A stretch of 64,000 nucleotides of DNA from Felis catus (lineage: Eukaryota), in assembly GCF_018350175.1 (NCBI RefSeq), contig NC_058368.1, positions 28,894,001-28,958,000 on the forward strand, in the 5' to 3' direction. Position numbers and translations under genes: made by a program. Of the stretch, positions 50,997 to 64,000 are shown one piece after another. Position 1 is the first letter of the stretch. Every line of letters begins with the position of its first letter. The notes beneath the pieces are model-generated. The model saw nothing but the letters and a program-made list of their open reading frames with translations, searched no databases and was not told the origin of the DNA.

Positions 50997-51155
50997 CGGT
51001 GGTGTGCTGATAGACCAGCCCTCTGGTGAGGTAAAGGTGGGGCAGTTTATAATGTTTGCCAATTTCCCTGGTGTAACTACTCCCTCCGTGGCCGATTTCA
51101 CGCTTCCAAAGGTTAATAATCAACTTGCTCGATTTCTGAGTATTTAGCAGCCATC
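50997..51155. mobile_element. MER63-like hAT-Blackjack fragment
   Basis: ccggtggtgtgctg start; tttgccaatttcc...actccctccgtggccgatttca. Confidence 0.55.
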
Positions 51156-53849
51156 AGAGAAAGGAAAGAAGTACTAGGAACACAGACAAGATGGTGCCAT
51201 CTTATCTCTGGGAAGTGCTGAAGCCCATAGTTGTGCCAGTTACAGACTGGCGATGCTCTTTTTGAACCACGAATACAGTTTGAGCAAAGAATTAGAAAGA
51301 AGTCTGCAGTCAAGTAGGATGACACTCATGAGTTCACAAGTACAAGCCTCCTTTCTTATAAACATCATTTCAGAAGGAAATTACCAGATTTTTACAGTCC
51401 TCCAGAAGCCGTGCTTCCATTAGATCGCAACTTTGTCAGTGATTGCTAAATATAACTAAAATTAAATGAGCAACCACCTCCCTCAGACAAGCAGATCAAC
51501 AAGCTTATGACTTTCAGGGAGGCCATGAGTTTTCATTAACCTTTTGTGCATATCCAACAAAAATAATAATCCTACAAATTATAATAATTAGGAGTACTAT
51601 AGAGTCTTAAACTAATATTAAAAACAGAAATAGCACCTAGCTTTCTCATTATAGAAAAGACCTAACCTTAGGAAATTGCTTTTCAAATCATCACTGACAG
51701 AAGCATTTCAACTCCTTTCTCTCATGACAGGCCTTAAGATCATTCTTTTATATGGTACTATATCTTCAGTGTGTGTTATTTAACAATATATCAGCCAGTA
51801 AAGAAGTAATCTTAGGAATATTTAAAGTATAAGGAAAACAAATTAATTCTGTAATATATCAGTTATAAATTGAGATGTCAAATGCAATGAATATGTTGAC
51901 AATTAATGGCTCTAGAATTTTTATGATTCTGAGCCTATTATATATATAGTTACATGTAATCAACACATCACATTGGCTACAGAAATAAAATCCTCCTGTT
52001 ATATTTATAAATAAAATTGTAATTTTATTCATAAGCAGGTATAGCCTATTGGCTATGCTTTCCAGTTATAATATAAAGATAATACCATTGTACCTTACAA
52101 AGTTGTCGTAAGACTGAAATGCATCAGTACCTGGCACAGAGTAAGTAAACAAATAACAATTAGAAACTTAGAATTTAGAATTTGGGCCATAGAATTCTTT
52201 AATGCTTATATGGAAACGCAAAGCCAAATTAAAAGGAAGCAGTGTTACCCAGTCACCTAATATTAAACCATGACCCAATGAGTTACATAATTCATCATCT
52301 ATCTTTGTGTTATAAGGTGTGAGGTTTGTTTATAATCCTATTTAGGAAAAGTTTTGTCAGGCCCAAAAAAGGAATTTTGGTCTGTGCCTAAACCTGTCAA
52401 CTTGAGGAAAAGCAGGAAATGAATGATAGGACAATTGTCAGCAGAGGATTATAGTGTTTAGCCTTATTCAAAAGACAAATTAGAACAGGACCAGAAAACA
52501 CACAGCAAATATATACATCATCTTTAGTCCTGAGTTCTGAGAACAGTGAAAAGAGCAAGTCAAATTTGGAGTTGTCTCTCTTAATTTTTCCATACGCAGT
52601 ACTCTTTGGTCTCTCCTTATAACATTCCAAAAATGTCTCTCTTTTTATTTTCTATTTCCTCACAAGGTCAGGCCACAGGTACCATTCTCTAACCTCTCTG
52701 AATAATCCCACCCATTCTTTCATTTATTTAATTAACATTTGCTTAGTACCCAGAATTGCTAGGATAAAGAAATAAATAAGATACAGGTGCAGACCCAGGG
52801 AACTTACAGTCAAGTAGAGCTATAATGAAATAAGTTGTAGTGCAATATGGCAGATAAACTGATAGGAGCATGATCAAAGGATCAGAAAACAGCCTAACCC
52901 CAGTTTTTCAGGAAGGGGGAAGGAACTCTTGATAAATCAAACGCATGTGATTAGTTTTGTCTCTTGCCAAAATCCCAGTAAAAGAGCAATAAAGGATCAA
53001 AAAACAGTCCCAACCCACTGGGGCAAAGAGAACTACAGACGCAGCAGTGCTTTGGAGGATAGAAAATAAACGGGTGGGTGATAACGGAGTTATCAGCTGG
53101 AGAGAGCTGAAACCTATTCTTCCAGAGGGGGAAGCCAATAAGATGCAAGCTGCCGTACTCTGCAGAAGCCCACAAAGCATCAGGGCTTGAAGGCACCATG
53201 TACCTCTGAAGGTTGGAGTGCAGGGTGGCACCAAAAATTGGGAGATGAATTGAAATTCTGTATAGAGACCATTTAGATAGCCAGATTTTCTCCTCTATTT
53301 TGCACCTGGGGCCACTGGCTCTTCTCTAGGCTTACCAAAGACAGGAGCTGTAATGGAGATTTGTACAATTGAGGACAAGAATGAGACCATGTAGACAGTG
53401 AGAAGATAAAGTGAAAGTCTACTTTTCTTATATAGATTCCATGAAGCTGACTTCCACATTTATACCCTTTGAACAGAAGAGTAGAAAAATCCTTTCTAGA
53501 AACTGACATATCCAAAAGAAAACCTTTCTGATCTAATATTTGGAAGTTTTTCCTTAGTAATCTTACAAGAAGAGCCACTTATTGTTGAGACCAGCCTTTA
53601 TGCAAAAACTTCAGTCCACTTTTTAATGCCTTCTTAAATATTAATGGATAGCCTCTTATACAAAAAAAAATGGAAATGAAATGAACAGAGAAAATAGAGA
53701 TGATGCAGAAAGAAGAAAAACATGTCACAAAGTGACAATTGACATTCTCAGACAGGCAAGAGAAAATATGATGATCATAAAACAAAAATGTGATGCTTTT
53801 TTAACATAGGAACCTTCAAAGAACAAGAAAGATGTCTTGGAAATTTAGT

Positions 53850-53952
53850 ACCGAGTAATGTATAGAAGTGTTGAATCACTATATTGTATACCTGAAACTA
53901 ACATAACACTGGATATTAACTGTACTGCAATTAAATAAACAACAAACCAACC
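53850..53952 (+). mobile_element. Short carnivore L1 3' end
   Basis: gaatcactatattgtatacctgaaactaacataacactg is the reverse complement of the motif at 8533-8570. Confidence 0.75.
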
Positions 53953-54119
53953 AGACATGGTATATGGAGAAATAAAAAGTGGTAGCAAAAATAAATTAAA
54001 TAGGAGGCGTTGGACATTCACTGGCTAGTGCTTCGCTTAACCAAGTCAACTTTCAGAACTGCATTCGTTATATGTGTTGTCTCATATCTCTATAACTCAT
54101 TTTAAGGTTTAAAAGTTAA

Positions 54120-54335
54120 GGGGCACCTGGGTGGCTCAGTCGATTAAGTGTCCTACTTCAGCTCAGGTCACGATCTCTCAGTCTGTTGAGTTCAAACCCT
54201 TCATTGGGCTCTGAGCCCAGAGCCTGGAGCCTGCTTTAGCTTCTGTGTCTCCCTCTCTCTTTGCCCCTCCTCCACTCACACTCTGTCTCTTTCTTTCTCA
54301 AAAATAAACAAACATTAAAAATATTTTTTTTATTA
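54120..54335 (+). mobile_element. Can-SINE
   Basis: Head, CT tract, tail; TSD-like aagttaa. Confidence 0.92.
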
Positions 54336-54382
54336 GAAGTTAAAAGACACAAGGCCTGATTGGGGGTTAAAATGATTTTCTA

Positions 54383-54599
54383 GGGGCACCTGGGTGGCCC
54401 AGTCAGTTAAAGATCCCACTTCGGCTCAGGTCATTATCTCACCATTGGTAAATTCGAGACCCGCATCAGGCTCTGTGCTGACAGCTCAGAGCCCGGAGCC
54501 TGCTTCAGATTCTGTGTCTCCCCCCCTTCTCTCTCTGCCCCTTTCCCACTCATTCTCTGTCTCTCTCAAAAATAAACATTAAAAAAAATTGCAATAAAT
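54383..54599 (+). mobile_element. Can-SINE
   Basis: TSD aaaatgattttcta. Confidence 0.93.
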
Positions 54600-57399
54600 A
54601 AAATGATTTTCTAGAACTAGTTTCATTTGAACCTCTGTAGGACTTGCTGATAGGAAGATAGGGGTAGGAAAATGGATCTTCTCCCATGGACTTCTGCTCA
54701 CTTTCCAGGCAGAGCACAGCCCATGTATTTCCCCCTTGACCTATATAGCCAAACAACAGAGCTGTTGATACTCTGCTTCCATCAGAAAACTGCTAAAAGC
54801 GTTGGATCCCATGGAGAAAAGTGCACTGTATCTGGAACAGGAGTGTGAAACCTTCAAGCTGTAGGGCAGAGCAGACAACCGGCTGGGACCAAAAAGCCAG
54901 AGGAGCTAGACTAGTTGGTCTGTCCTAGAGGAAGCAGGCATTTTATTCACTTAGAAGTTGCTTTTCTTTTCCAAACCGCTGTGTTCTCATGATTTTATTT
55001 AACCAGTCAAGTATCAATCTTATTTCAACCATGTTTGTATACCCACAAAAAAGATCACTGCATCTTTTCGATTAATTGATTTATCAGTAATTGTCTGCAT
55101 ATAAATATAGTGAAAACCTTTAAGTATATTCTCAATAGGTACTAGTGAGTCACCTCCCAGCAACAAATTTCAAGCAACATTTGACACCTACAGATACAAA
55201 TATAATTACATATTTGTCATCATAAATACTTTTTTTGGTGAGGAAGAAGTTTTCCTGTCATGTCATTATATCTATAATCTAATGGCTGTATTAGTTGAAT
55301 CTCAGTTCCTTAAAAGCTCTGTTGGTTCCCCCACCTGCATCCGGTATTTCTAGTTGATTTTCATATAACAGCAGTGTATATACTCTAGACCTGGCTTCAG
55401 GAAAATAGCAAACCATAATTTCCTAGGGAGATGGTGGTGATCCAAGCTGTAGAATTTCTTTGGGATAGGCAGGTGGTCATCTATTGAATTACAGCAATTC
55501 TGGACAAACAATAGATATTTGAGTCCCTTGGGAACTCAAATATCTATTCCCACTTGAGAACCACCATCCAGAATGTTCTTGTGGAGCACTTGCTCTGTAC
55601 CCACCAATGAAGGACCTGTGGGGAGGTGGTGGAATACTAAAACATAAAGCATGGTTTCTACCCTCAGAGAGTTTATTCTATGTGACTGGAGAGTTGAGGC
55701 TGATAGTCATGAAACAGCAGCATGTAGTACAAAACAATGTGTATTTCAATGGTAAATTGGGGAGTTTTGACCCTGTGCTATAGTAGTTCAGAAGGGAAGT
55801 ATATATGTATGATGAAAGTTGTAAGTGAAGGAAATGGGGCTTGGGTTGAACTTTTATTTTTGTCTTTAGATAGTTCAAAAAGAGAGGTCAGAGAATTCTA
55901 GACATTCTGAAAATCATACCACAGGCAGAGATATAAATGAGCACTGTGTGTTTCCTTAATAAGAGGATGATTTGTGCCATAGGCATGGATCACAACAAAT
56001 CCAAGAGTGACCTGGTGCAGATACCAGAGCAACAGTAAGTAAATATCACAGCCAGTGTGATGCACGCACAAAGCCCAGGGGGCAAATCCAGGTTGAATAC
56101 CAACTATCTCAAGGAGACAGTGGAGGGGATACCAGAGCAGGGGTGGGTATTAAGAGCTGGGTCTGGGGCCACCAGACACACACCTGCTGGGGGAATCTCA
56201 GAAGACAGGGTGCAATTTAGTTTCAGCACAGTCTTGCTGGCACAGGACACTTTTAAAAGCAGTTGAAAGGATTTTGGTCTGTTTAGGCATATCTGTAGCA
56301 TATTATAAGACAAACAACTAAAAGCAAAGGGTATCTTCTGGGGAGTGGTGTAAGAAGGAGTCACCCAAATAGGAGAAATTAGGATGTGTGAAGATCCAAT
56401 GAGGCTTTTAGGTTTCCTATTCCTAGGATTTGCGGAAGGTCCTTGAGTAGGAAAAATATAATAGTGGCGGCTAGATCAGAAAGAGGGACTTGGTAGTGAT
56501 GTGCAGTCTGGGAAAGAACCCCGAGTGAACTAGGGCAACTGTGAGGGCGGGTATGGTTTGGTGGGGAAAAGCTGAATATGGGTCATGGAGGCAGACATTA
56601 TGGACATTTCTAGTTTGGATATCTGGCAAAATGGCAGATCATTGTAGGAACAAGGAAGGTTGGAGAGGAGATAGGATTCAGGCATTTTGTATATGCTGAG
56701 TCTCAGGTAATGGTGAGATACTTCATTAACAGTGTGCAGTTAGTAATTGGAAATAGATCATTGGACCCAAGATCAAAGCTAGTGAGAGTTACAATGATCT
56801 TTAGCATGGAGCTTTTAGCTGAAACCATGAAAACAGTTAGATGCTAAGGAGAATAGAGAGAAAATGAGCAGAACAACTGAGCTTTGTTTTTAGAAAAACT
56901 TAGTTGTTTTTGAAAGCATATTCTCAGAACCCTCTTTAATAAGGAATCCATGTTCAAGCTGTTGGAAGACACTGTAACTTACTAGCCTCTTAGAGATGAA
57001 ATTACAATTAGTGAATATCTGGCTTTGAGAAGTCCCAGTAAAGAAACCTCTTTAATTTATTTAACTGAGTAGTCCCCAAATGTATTCAGAATCTTTTTAA
57101 TACTTCAACAAGTTGCCAGTCTTTATATTCCTGGTTTTCTTTGCTTCAGTTCACCGTGCACGCTGTGTAGTAGATCTCTTAGGACAAGACCTTCATGCTA
57201 ATTCTAAACCTGATTCAGGATACAAGCATGTTGCATGACATTTATGACTTCAGAGAATAAATCTGGAATGCTAGGGTTGACTGTTAGAAGAAGAATGTAT
57301 CCCTATACCTTTGAAGAGAGGACCTAGGCCTTAGGCTCAGCTCAAACCAAGGGCTCAATGTACGTCATGTGACCTAGTCTCTCTCCTCTTGGCTCTGCT

Positions 57400-57760
57400 T
57401 TTTTCTGGCTTCATTGTTACAAAGCCTTTCTCCATTTAGTGGCAGCAATAGCCCTGATAGCGCTAGGTAATACATGGTTCTCACAGCTGGCAATCTCAGT
57501 AAAAGGGGCACGTCTCTCCGAGTAATTTCAACACAGTCTTTAGGGGTATTACAATAGGCCCGTGAGGTCACGTGCCCATCCTGAACCAATCACTGTGACC
57601 AAAAGGACAGAATACTCTTAATTGGTCAGACTTTGGTCACGCATGCCTTCACTCCTAGAGTTTGGGATGAACGAGGCTGTATCAATCCCATCCGAACTAC
57701 AAAATTATGAATTAGGAATAGGGGAAATACCCCTAAAGAAATTCTGAATAAGCAAAAGAC
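57400..57760. mobile_element. Old MaLR LTR fragment (MLT1J/K/L-like)
   Basis: ggtcacgtgcccatcctgaaccaatcactgtgacc motif. Confidence 0.55.
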
Positions 57761-58771
57761 TTGACCATGTGTTTTGGGGGGGGGGGGTTGTTGTTTTTGG
57801 TAGTTTTGACAGCTAAAGCCACCCTCTTGCAAGTGACAGCTGATAACCTTTCTAGGGTTGGGCTTCCTGGAGACCAGAACTATCATCGGATTCATTTTGT
57901 TTTGCACTCAGCACAACATTCATAAAACCTGACTTTTACCAGATGCAATATGAAGGTAATTAGACCAGTGATGACCTATAGCATTCATTAATTTCATCTT
58001 CCACTTAAGTCCTAGAGTGAATACTTCAGAAACACATACTTAACTTTCTAAACACATGTAAGGCGGACATAAATATTCTAGTTACAATTGTCTTATGAGA
58101 CTTTCCAGTTGCAAAAGTTCTGAATAAAATTGTCAGGTCTGTCTTGACAGTGCTCTGATGGCATTACGGTGGGTTTTTCCTCTAATGAAAAGAACTTACT
58201 AATATTGGATCATTTTCATTATTTTTTTTTCTTTTAGATATTTCTGTTTTAAGAAGCAAACACAACACTATTAAAGGCCCTACATTTCACATTGCTGGTA
58301 TGGGTTGAATAATCCTTTCCATAAAGAGGAATGACATCTATAGAGCCCTAATAGGAAAGTCTAAAACTTAATAGGTTTTGTGCTAGCCAAAGGGGAAAGT
58401 GCTGCATTTGACTATGAGTCATCATTACCTCAACCACTCTGCCATCATATTTACATATATAAGTCATTGCCCAGAAAGGAGAAACCCTGACATAATATCA
58501 GAAACAAATTTCATGTGTTCTGAATCTGGTTGGAGTTAACCCGTAGAACTCCAACAAATATATAAGGACTATTTAACAGCAATAAATAGAAGTTATTATT
58601 GTTACTATGGCTCTCTTAATACTAAAATATAATATTTTTCCTATCCTATATTCCAAATTACTTAGAAGTTTAAAAATCAGTTGATTATAGGTATAAGCTT
58701 CTGACTGCTCCCGAGATTAAACAGACTTCAAGATTCTGAATATAATTCTCCTCATTCAGTTTGAGAAATAT

Positions 58772-58832
58772 TTAGGTAGGTAGGTACATAGGTACGTAGG
58801 TAGATAGGTAGGTAGGTAGATAGATAGGTAGA
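58772..58832. repeat. (TAGG)n/(TAGA)n microsatellite
   Basis: Direct read. Confidence 0.85.
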
Positions 58833-59065
58833 ATAGAAAGAACATTTATATTTATTTTTATGTTTATAAATATGAGACATATGTCTTTATATATATGCAT
58901 GTGTGTGTATATAAAACCTTTCTAAAGTTGCAATAGAATATCTTTTATGAAATAGGCCTTGATTCTTCCACTCTGAGTTTTTCACTGTTTCTTCTAAACT
59001 TTGGTGAATTTGAAAGAAGCATATTGTTTGTTTAGGACAACTGCTGATAAAAACAATAGAAAAGT

Positions 59066-59259
59066 GGGGCCTCTGGGTAGCTCAGTCGGTTAAGCATCCA
59101 ACTCTTGGTTTCAGCTCAGGTCATGATCTCATGACCTTATGAATTTAAGCACCACGTAGACTGCCTGGGATTCTCTCTCTCTCTCTCTGCCCCTCCCCCA
59201 CTCATACTCTTGTGCATGCTCTCTCATAAATAAATAAGTAAATAAATAAATACTTTTAA
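59066..59259 (+). mobile_element. Can-SINE (older, first of a tandem pair)
   Basis: Head, CT tract, (AAAT)n tail. Confidence 0.9.
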
Positions 59260-59273
59260 AAAAAACAATAGGA

Positions 59274-59491
59274 GGGGTGCCTGGGTGGCTCAGTGGATTG
59301 AGCATCCGACTTCAGCTCAGGTCATGATCTCGCAGTCTGTGAGTTCGAGCCCCGCGTAGGGCTCTGTGCTGACAGCTGGGAGCCTGGAGCCTGCTTCCGA
59401 TTCTGTGTCTCCCTCTCTCTCTGCCCCTCCCCCACTCATGCTCTGTCTCTCTCTCTCTGTCAAAAATAAATAAACATTATAATAAATAAAT
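59274..59491 (+). mobile_element. Can-SINE (younger, second of the pair)
   Basis: CpGs retained; TSD aaacaatagga. Confidence 0.94.
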
Positions 59492-59627
59492 AAACAATAG
59501 GAAAGAAAAGCATTCCCTTCAGAGCCTTAAATCCATGCCTATTTATAAGTTCTGTCTTCAAGTATAGACAAATAATTTAATTTTTTATTTTTCCTCACCA
59601 AATCTAATTACATATTCTAAAACTGTA

Positions 59628-59857
59628 GGGGCGGCTGGGTGGCTCAGTCGGTTAAGCGGCCGGCTTCGGCTCAGGTCACGATCTCACGGTCTGTGAGTTC
59701 GAGCCCCACATCGGGCTCTGGGCTGATGGCTCGGAGCCTGGAGCCTGTTTCCGATTCTGTGTCTCCCTCTCTCTCTGCCCCTCCCCCGTTCACGCTCTGT
59801 CTCTCTCTGTCCCAAAAATAAACGTTGAAAAAAAAATTTAAAAAAAAAAATTTTTTT
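59628..59857 (+). mobile_element. Very young felid Can-SINE
   Basis: Many intact CpGs (ttaagcggccggcttcggctc); TSD aaactgt. Confidence 0.95.
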
Positions 59858-59879
59858 AAACTGTTTATCTTTCTCTCCA

Positions 59880-60860
59880 TATATTTTTTTTCCATGAACC
59901 ACTTGAAAGTAAGTCAGAGACATGATACCCCATTACCTCTGAATGCTTCAGGGAGTATTTCCTCAAAACAAAAGCACTCTCCTACATAACCACAATACAG
60001 ACCTCAAAATCAGGAAGTTAACAATGATACATCATTAATGTCTAATCCACAGAGTTTATTCAAATTTCACACGTCCCAAGAGCATCCTTTTAGCACAAAG
60101 AAGCAATCCAAGATCATGTTCTCTGTCAATCCAAAACTTTCTTGTCTTTCCTTGGCTTTCATGACGACATTTTTGAAGAGCATAGGCTAGTTACTGTATA
60201 AAAATATCCCTCAATTTGGGTTTAACTAATGTTTCTGCATTGTAGATCCAGTTTATGCATCTATGGCAGGAATATCACAAAAATGATGCTGTATTTCTCT
60301 CAATGTGTCCTATTAGGTGGCACAGAGTGTTGGTTTGTCCCATTACTGGTGATGTTAACTTCAAATATCTGGTTAAGGTGTTATCTCCACTGTGTTTCTC
60401 CACTGTGAAGTTAATATTTTTTCCTTTGATAATTAATATATGTCTTTTGTGAGCTTACATTTTGAGACTATGTAAATATCTTATTTCTCATCAAGCTTTC
60501 TTTCATTAATTTTACCATCCACCAATGATTCTTATTTGAATCAACTATTATTACTGTGGTTGTCAAACAGTGATTTTTTTTCCAATTGCATCATTTCTTC
60601 TACATTAACAGTTGGCATTCTAAGCTAAGGAAGGACCCTCCCTTCTTATCCCTCTGTTTTTTTTATTAGTATTACCTCATGGATTTCTACCTTATTTGAT
60701 GGGTGATAGTCTATTGCCACTCTTATTTATTTTGATGTTCAGATTGTTCGTTTAGCCAGTGGGGACTCCTTCAAGCCAGTTCCTTTGTCCCTTTGACATG
60801 CTTCAGTCATTTTTTTAGTACTTCTTTAATTTGTGGCATAAAAAGTAGATCCAATTTCTT
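59880..60860 (-). mobile_element. Old L1MC-like 3' end
   Basis: gaaccacttgaaagtaagt..agacatgat; gtcccattactggtgatgttaact motifs. Confidence 0.7.
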
Positions 60861-61952
60861 TTGTCTCTGATTTTCTGTGCTGGTATAAATACTGTTTCGT
60901 TGGGCGGTTTCTCTGGGTATTATCTGTTGACTTAGATCACCCTGTTAATAAAAAAGAAGCATTCTAACCTACTTCCATTTAACCAACTCTCCAAATTAAC
61001 CTGCTCTCTTGAATGGATGTCCAGAGCACCCTGAACATTCATAGCTCATCAGCTTCCCTCCAATATTCCCTCATACTTCTGTTCCCACTAGTTGAGTTGT
61101 GCTTACATTTGACAGGAAACGTTTTAGCAGAGCCTTCAGGTTGAATGACCCATGCATAACAGTTATATTCAGAGAGTCTCAGAATGTTCTGTCACTCATA
61201 ATCATGTATATTGGAGAAAAATCAACAAAGATATGAGATCATATAGCCACCATATATGTTGAATATTTTTCTTCATGTTATTACAGAGTTAGGTTCTGAA
61301 CAAGGCCTAAGAAATCATCCATTATAATCTTTCAGTCTCTTTTGGTCAGAGAGAGAGAAATAATTCTTCCTCTGGCCATTGGCCAGGGCGTAAAATAATA
61401 TTATTATAGGGGCTCCTTATTATTGTTATTTGATGCCTATCTACCCATCTTGCTACACTTTATCATTAACTTTAAGTAGCTTCAGATTTTTCTTGTTCGT
61501 TTGGCTGGAATTATTATTTCTACTGACCACACGAGGGTGTCTGTGAGCTTAGAACAGGAATATTTCAGATAATTTCAACAACTAATAGAACTTCCATAAC
61601 TAATAACTGTTGTCATTTCACTATATTTGGAAGTTATAATTTAAAAAGTAGTTGAGGTAGCCAGAAGACATGAGTCAATGCTCTCTCCATTCGAAGACCT
61701 TTGGCTATTACATGAACGGCATTTATGAGAAGAATTCAGAACTTCTAGTGAAGTTAGGCTCACAGAATTTTCTCAGGTCAGGAATTAAGAGATCCCGATC
61801 CTCTTCCTGGTTTCACCACTGATGTGTGACTTTAAGCGGTCACGCTGTCTTAATTTCTTGTTCTATAAAATGAGATAGATTGTAAACTGATCCTTTAGGC
61901 CCTTCTACAAAAGGCAACAATGAAGATAGGATCTAAAAATAAGACATACATC

Positions 61953-62195
61953 AGGGCATCTGGGTGGCTCAGTTGGTTAAGCATCTGACTCTTGGTTTCG
62001 GCTCAGGTCATAAGCTCATGGTTCATGAGTTCAAGCCCTGCATTGGGCTCTGTGCTGACAGCGCAGAACCTGGTTAGGATTCTCTTTCTGTACCTCTCTC
62101 CCTGTCCCTCCCCTGCTCTCGTGCACTCTCTCTCTCCCTCTCTCTCTCTCTCTCTTTCAAAAATAAATAAATAAACTTTTAAAATTTTTAAATTA
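61953..62195 (+). mobile_element. Can-SINE
   Basis: Head, CT tract, tail. Confidence 0.92.
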
Positions 62196-64000
62196 AGGTA
62201 TACATTGAAGAACTTCTCCATACCAGTGATTTTCTTTTAATTGACTGCTTAGGATATGCTAGGTGCTATCAATACATAACCACCATTATATTGTTCTATT
62301 CTGAGGTTAGATTAAGTACTTTGCCCCAGATCACTCTCCTAAACAACGAACAAAGCTGAGATTTCAGCCTAGCTCTCTCCAACTCAGAAGCCCATGTTTT
62401 TATTCCTCTTCACCACATGGCTTCCCTAGGTCCAAAAGACTAGTTTCAGTGGAGATTGTACCCTTAGAGGAGAAAATCATTCTTTGTCTGTCCTGGAGAC
62501 CAAATGCTTACAGGTGCTGGATAGGGAACACAGATCTGGAGGGTCTGAGGTAAACAGGAAGTCATGCCCCTTCGAACTAAGAGGGCAGTCTCTACTTCGC
62601 TGTGGCCATGTGAGAATGCAGGCTCAACTTGGACAGTTTCAAGAGAAGACCGAAATCCAGACTTTTAAATGAAATCTCATTAATTTGAAAATTTGGCAAC
62701 AACTCAGCATTTTTTTGTGGATAGAGTGATGACAGAACACTCCAGGACCCACAGATCTCTCTTTCTTCTCACCAGGTTTGGGATGTATCAAGAAATGAAA
62801 CCCCATTCCCTTACAAGCTTTTTTCAAATAACTTACCTATGTTGGTAAATTCCCTTACTTGCTCTACAAAGTTTTTTAGTTCTCCTAATTAAATTAGGAG
62901 AATTCTAAACCCCCAGGTTTAGAATAAAAAGTCAAAAAGATGGGAAATCTACTGCCATGTTATATACCTACCCTGAAATTTAAAAAAAAAAAAAAAAAAA
63001 AAGGAATGTACCTAAATCAGAGGAAAGGAAAAGGGGGAAACAAAGGGAGAAAAGTAAACATAAATATCTCAAAATATTATCCAGGCATAAAGAGATAAAA
63101 ATTATGTTTCTTCTTCCTAAGTTGTGTGCATATCCTCTAAGAAAAGCCATAGTATATCAAAGGTACTTTTTTTTTTTTTTTTTTTTTTTTTTTAGTTTGT
63201 ATGCTGTTTAAGTTATAATGAGGAGTAATGTAGCTCTTAATTGTGAGGGAAGGAATCTAACTGGTCCCAGGGTGGTTTTGTTTAATGCATTTTATGAGCA
63301 ACAAAGCAAAATTCTCTACTCATGACAAGAATGAGAAGGATGAAACTAGAACGCTCTCCACATAGCTCTTCCACGTGCATTTTCATGTCCTGTGCCTTCC
63401 CTCACATTGTCCCCTCTGGCTGGGATGCCCATCACCCACTTCTGTGTCTCACCCTTCAAGGCTAAGCACACATGGCTCCAGCCTATCCACCCCCAGCTGA
63501 ATTCATCCCTCCTTCCTTGGTATCGCTGTGCCCTGGCCGCATGTGATCTATAACTGCTGTGTGTCAGAAGGGCAAGCTGCCCCACAGCAGAATTTTGTCC
63601 ATTGAGGCATCTGCCTGGTAGCCTGACATGGGACCAGAGCTCAATAAATTTGTGATGAATCAGTGAACCAATAAATGAATATATGATTAATTGGGGCATT
63701 AAAGCTTTTATAAGATCCCTGCGACGGGTCATAAAAGCTGCAAACTCCTTTGGTGTTTCTTAGAAGGCTACATCTTTTGTTTCTGTAAATGAGCTCACTG
63801 TTCACAAGCCGACTATTGCCTAAGTTGGCAGAGAACCAAATGGTAATAAATCTCCCACCCTTCCTTTTTTCCTACACTTGTTACTTTGTGGCTGTATCAT
63901 GAACACCTGTGAACCAGGTGGCCAAAACTGAATTTAATTCCCAGTTGTGTCCAGTCCCTTAGGCAAGTCATTCAACTTCTCTGGAGCTCCATTTTTGCAT

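Noticed and set aside
54550..54756. Minus-strand ORF containing GGNTWA, a motif also found in VWA8 downstream of these exons
   Set aside because: Wrong strand, no surrounding similarity and overlaps a SINE tail; coincidence.
60936..60990. cttag|ATC ACC as a candidate next VWA8 exon (expected ITINRDSGEDV...)
   Set aside because: Continues ITLLIKK with no match; the next exon is not in this window.

Overview
Mammalian, almost certainly felid (cat family), intron-rich genomic DNA, judged from 26 tRNA-derived Can-SINE (SINEC_Fc-type) copies and a felid-type LINE-1. The + strand carries 11 consecutive internal coding exons of VWA8 (KIAA0564, a mitochondrial/peroxisomal AAA+ ATPase with a VWA domain). 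From recall of the human gene these correspond to about exons 27-37. All have GT-AG boundaries and splice in one open frame (1498 nt; 1 nt + 499 codons). The main accessory element is a young antisense LINE-1 (19594-25220) with intact ORF1 and ORF2 and a perfect 16-bp target-site duplication (TSD). It has a short 5'UTR that looks like a precisely spliced RNA (SpIRE-like), and a 23-nt 3' transduction tag carrying its own AATAAA. The rest is old L1/L2/MIR/MaLR/DNA-transposon debris and microsatellites. Repeat family names, old-repeat boundaries and human exon numbers come from recall and visual recognition, not database searches.
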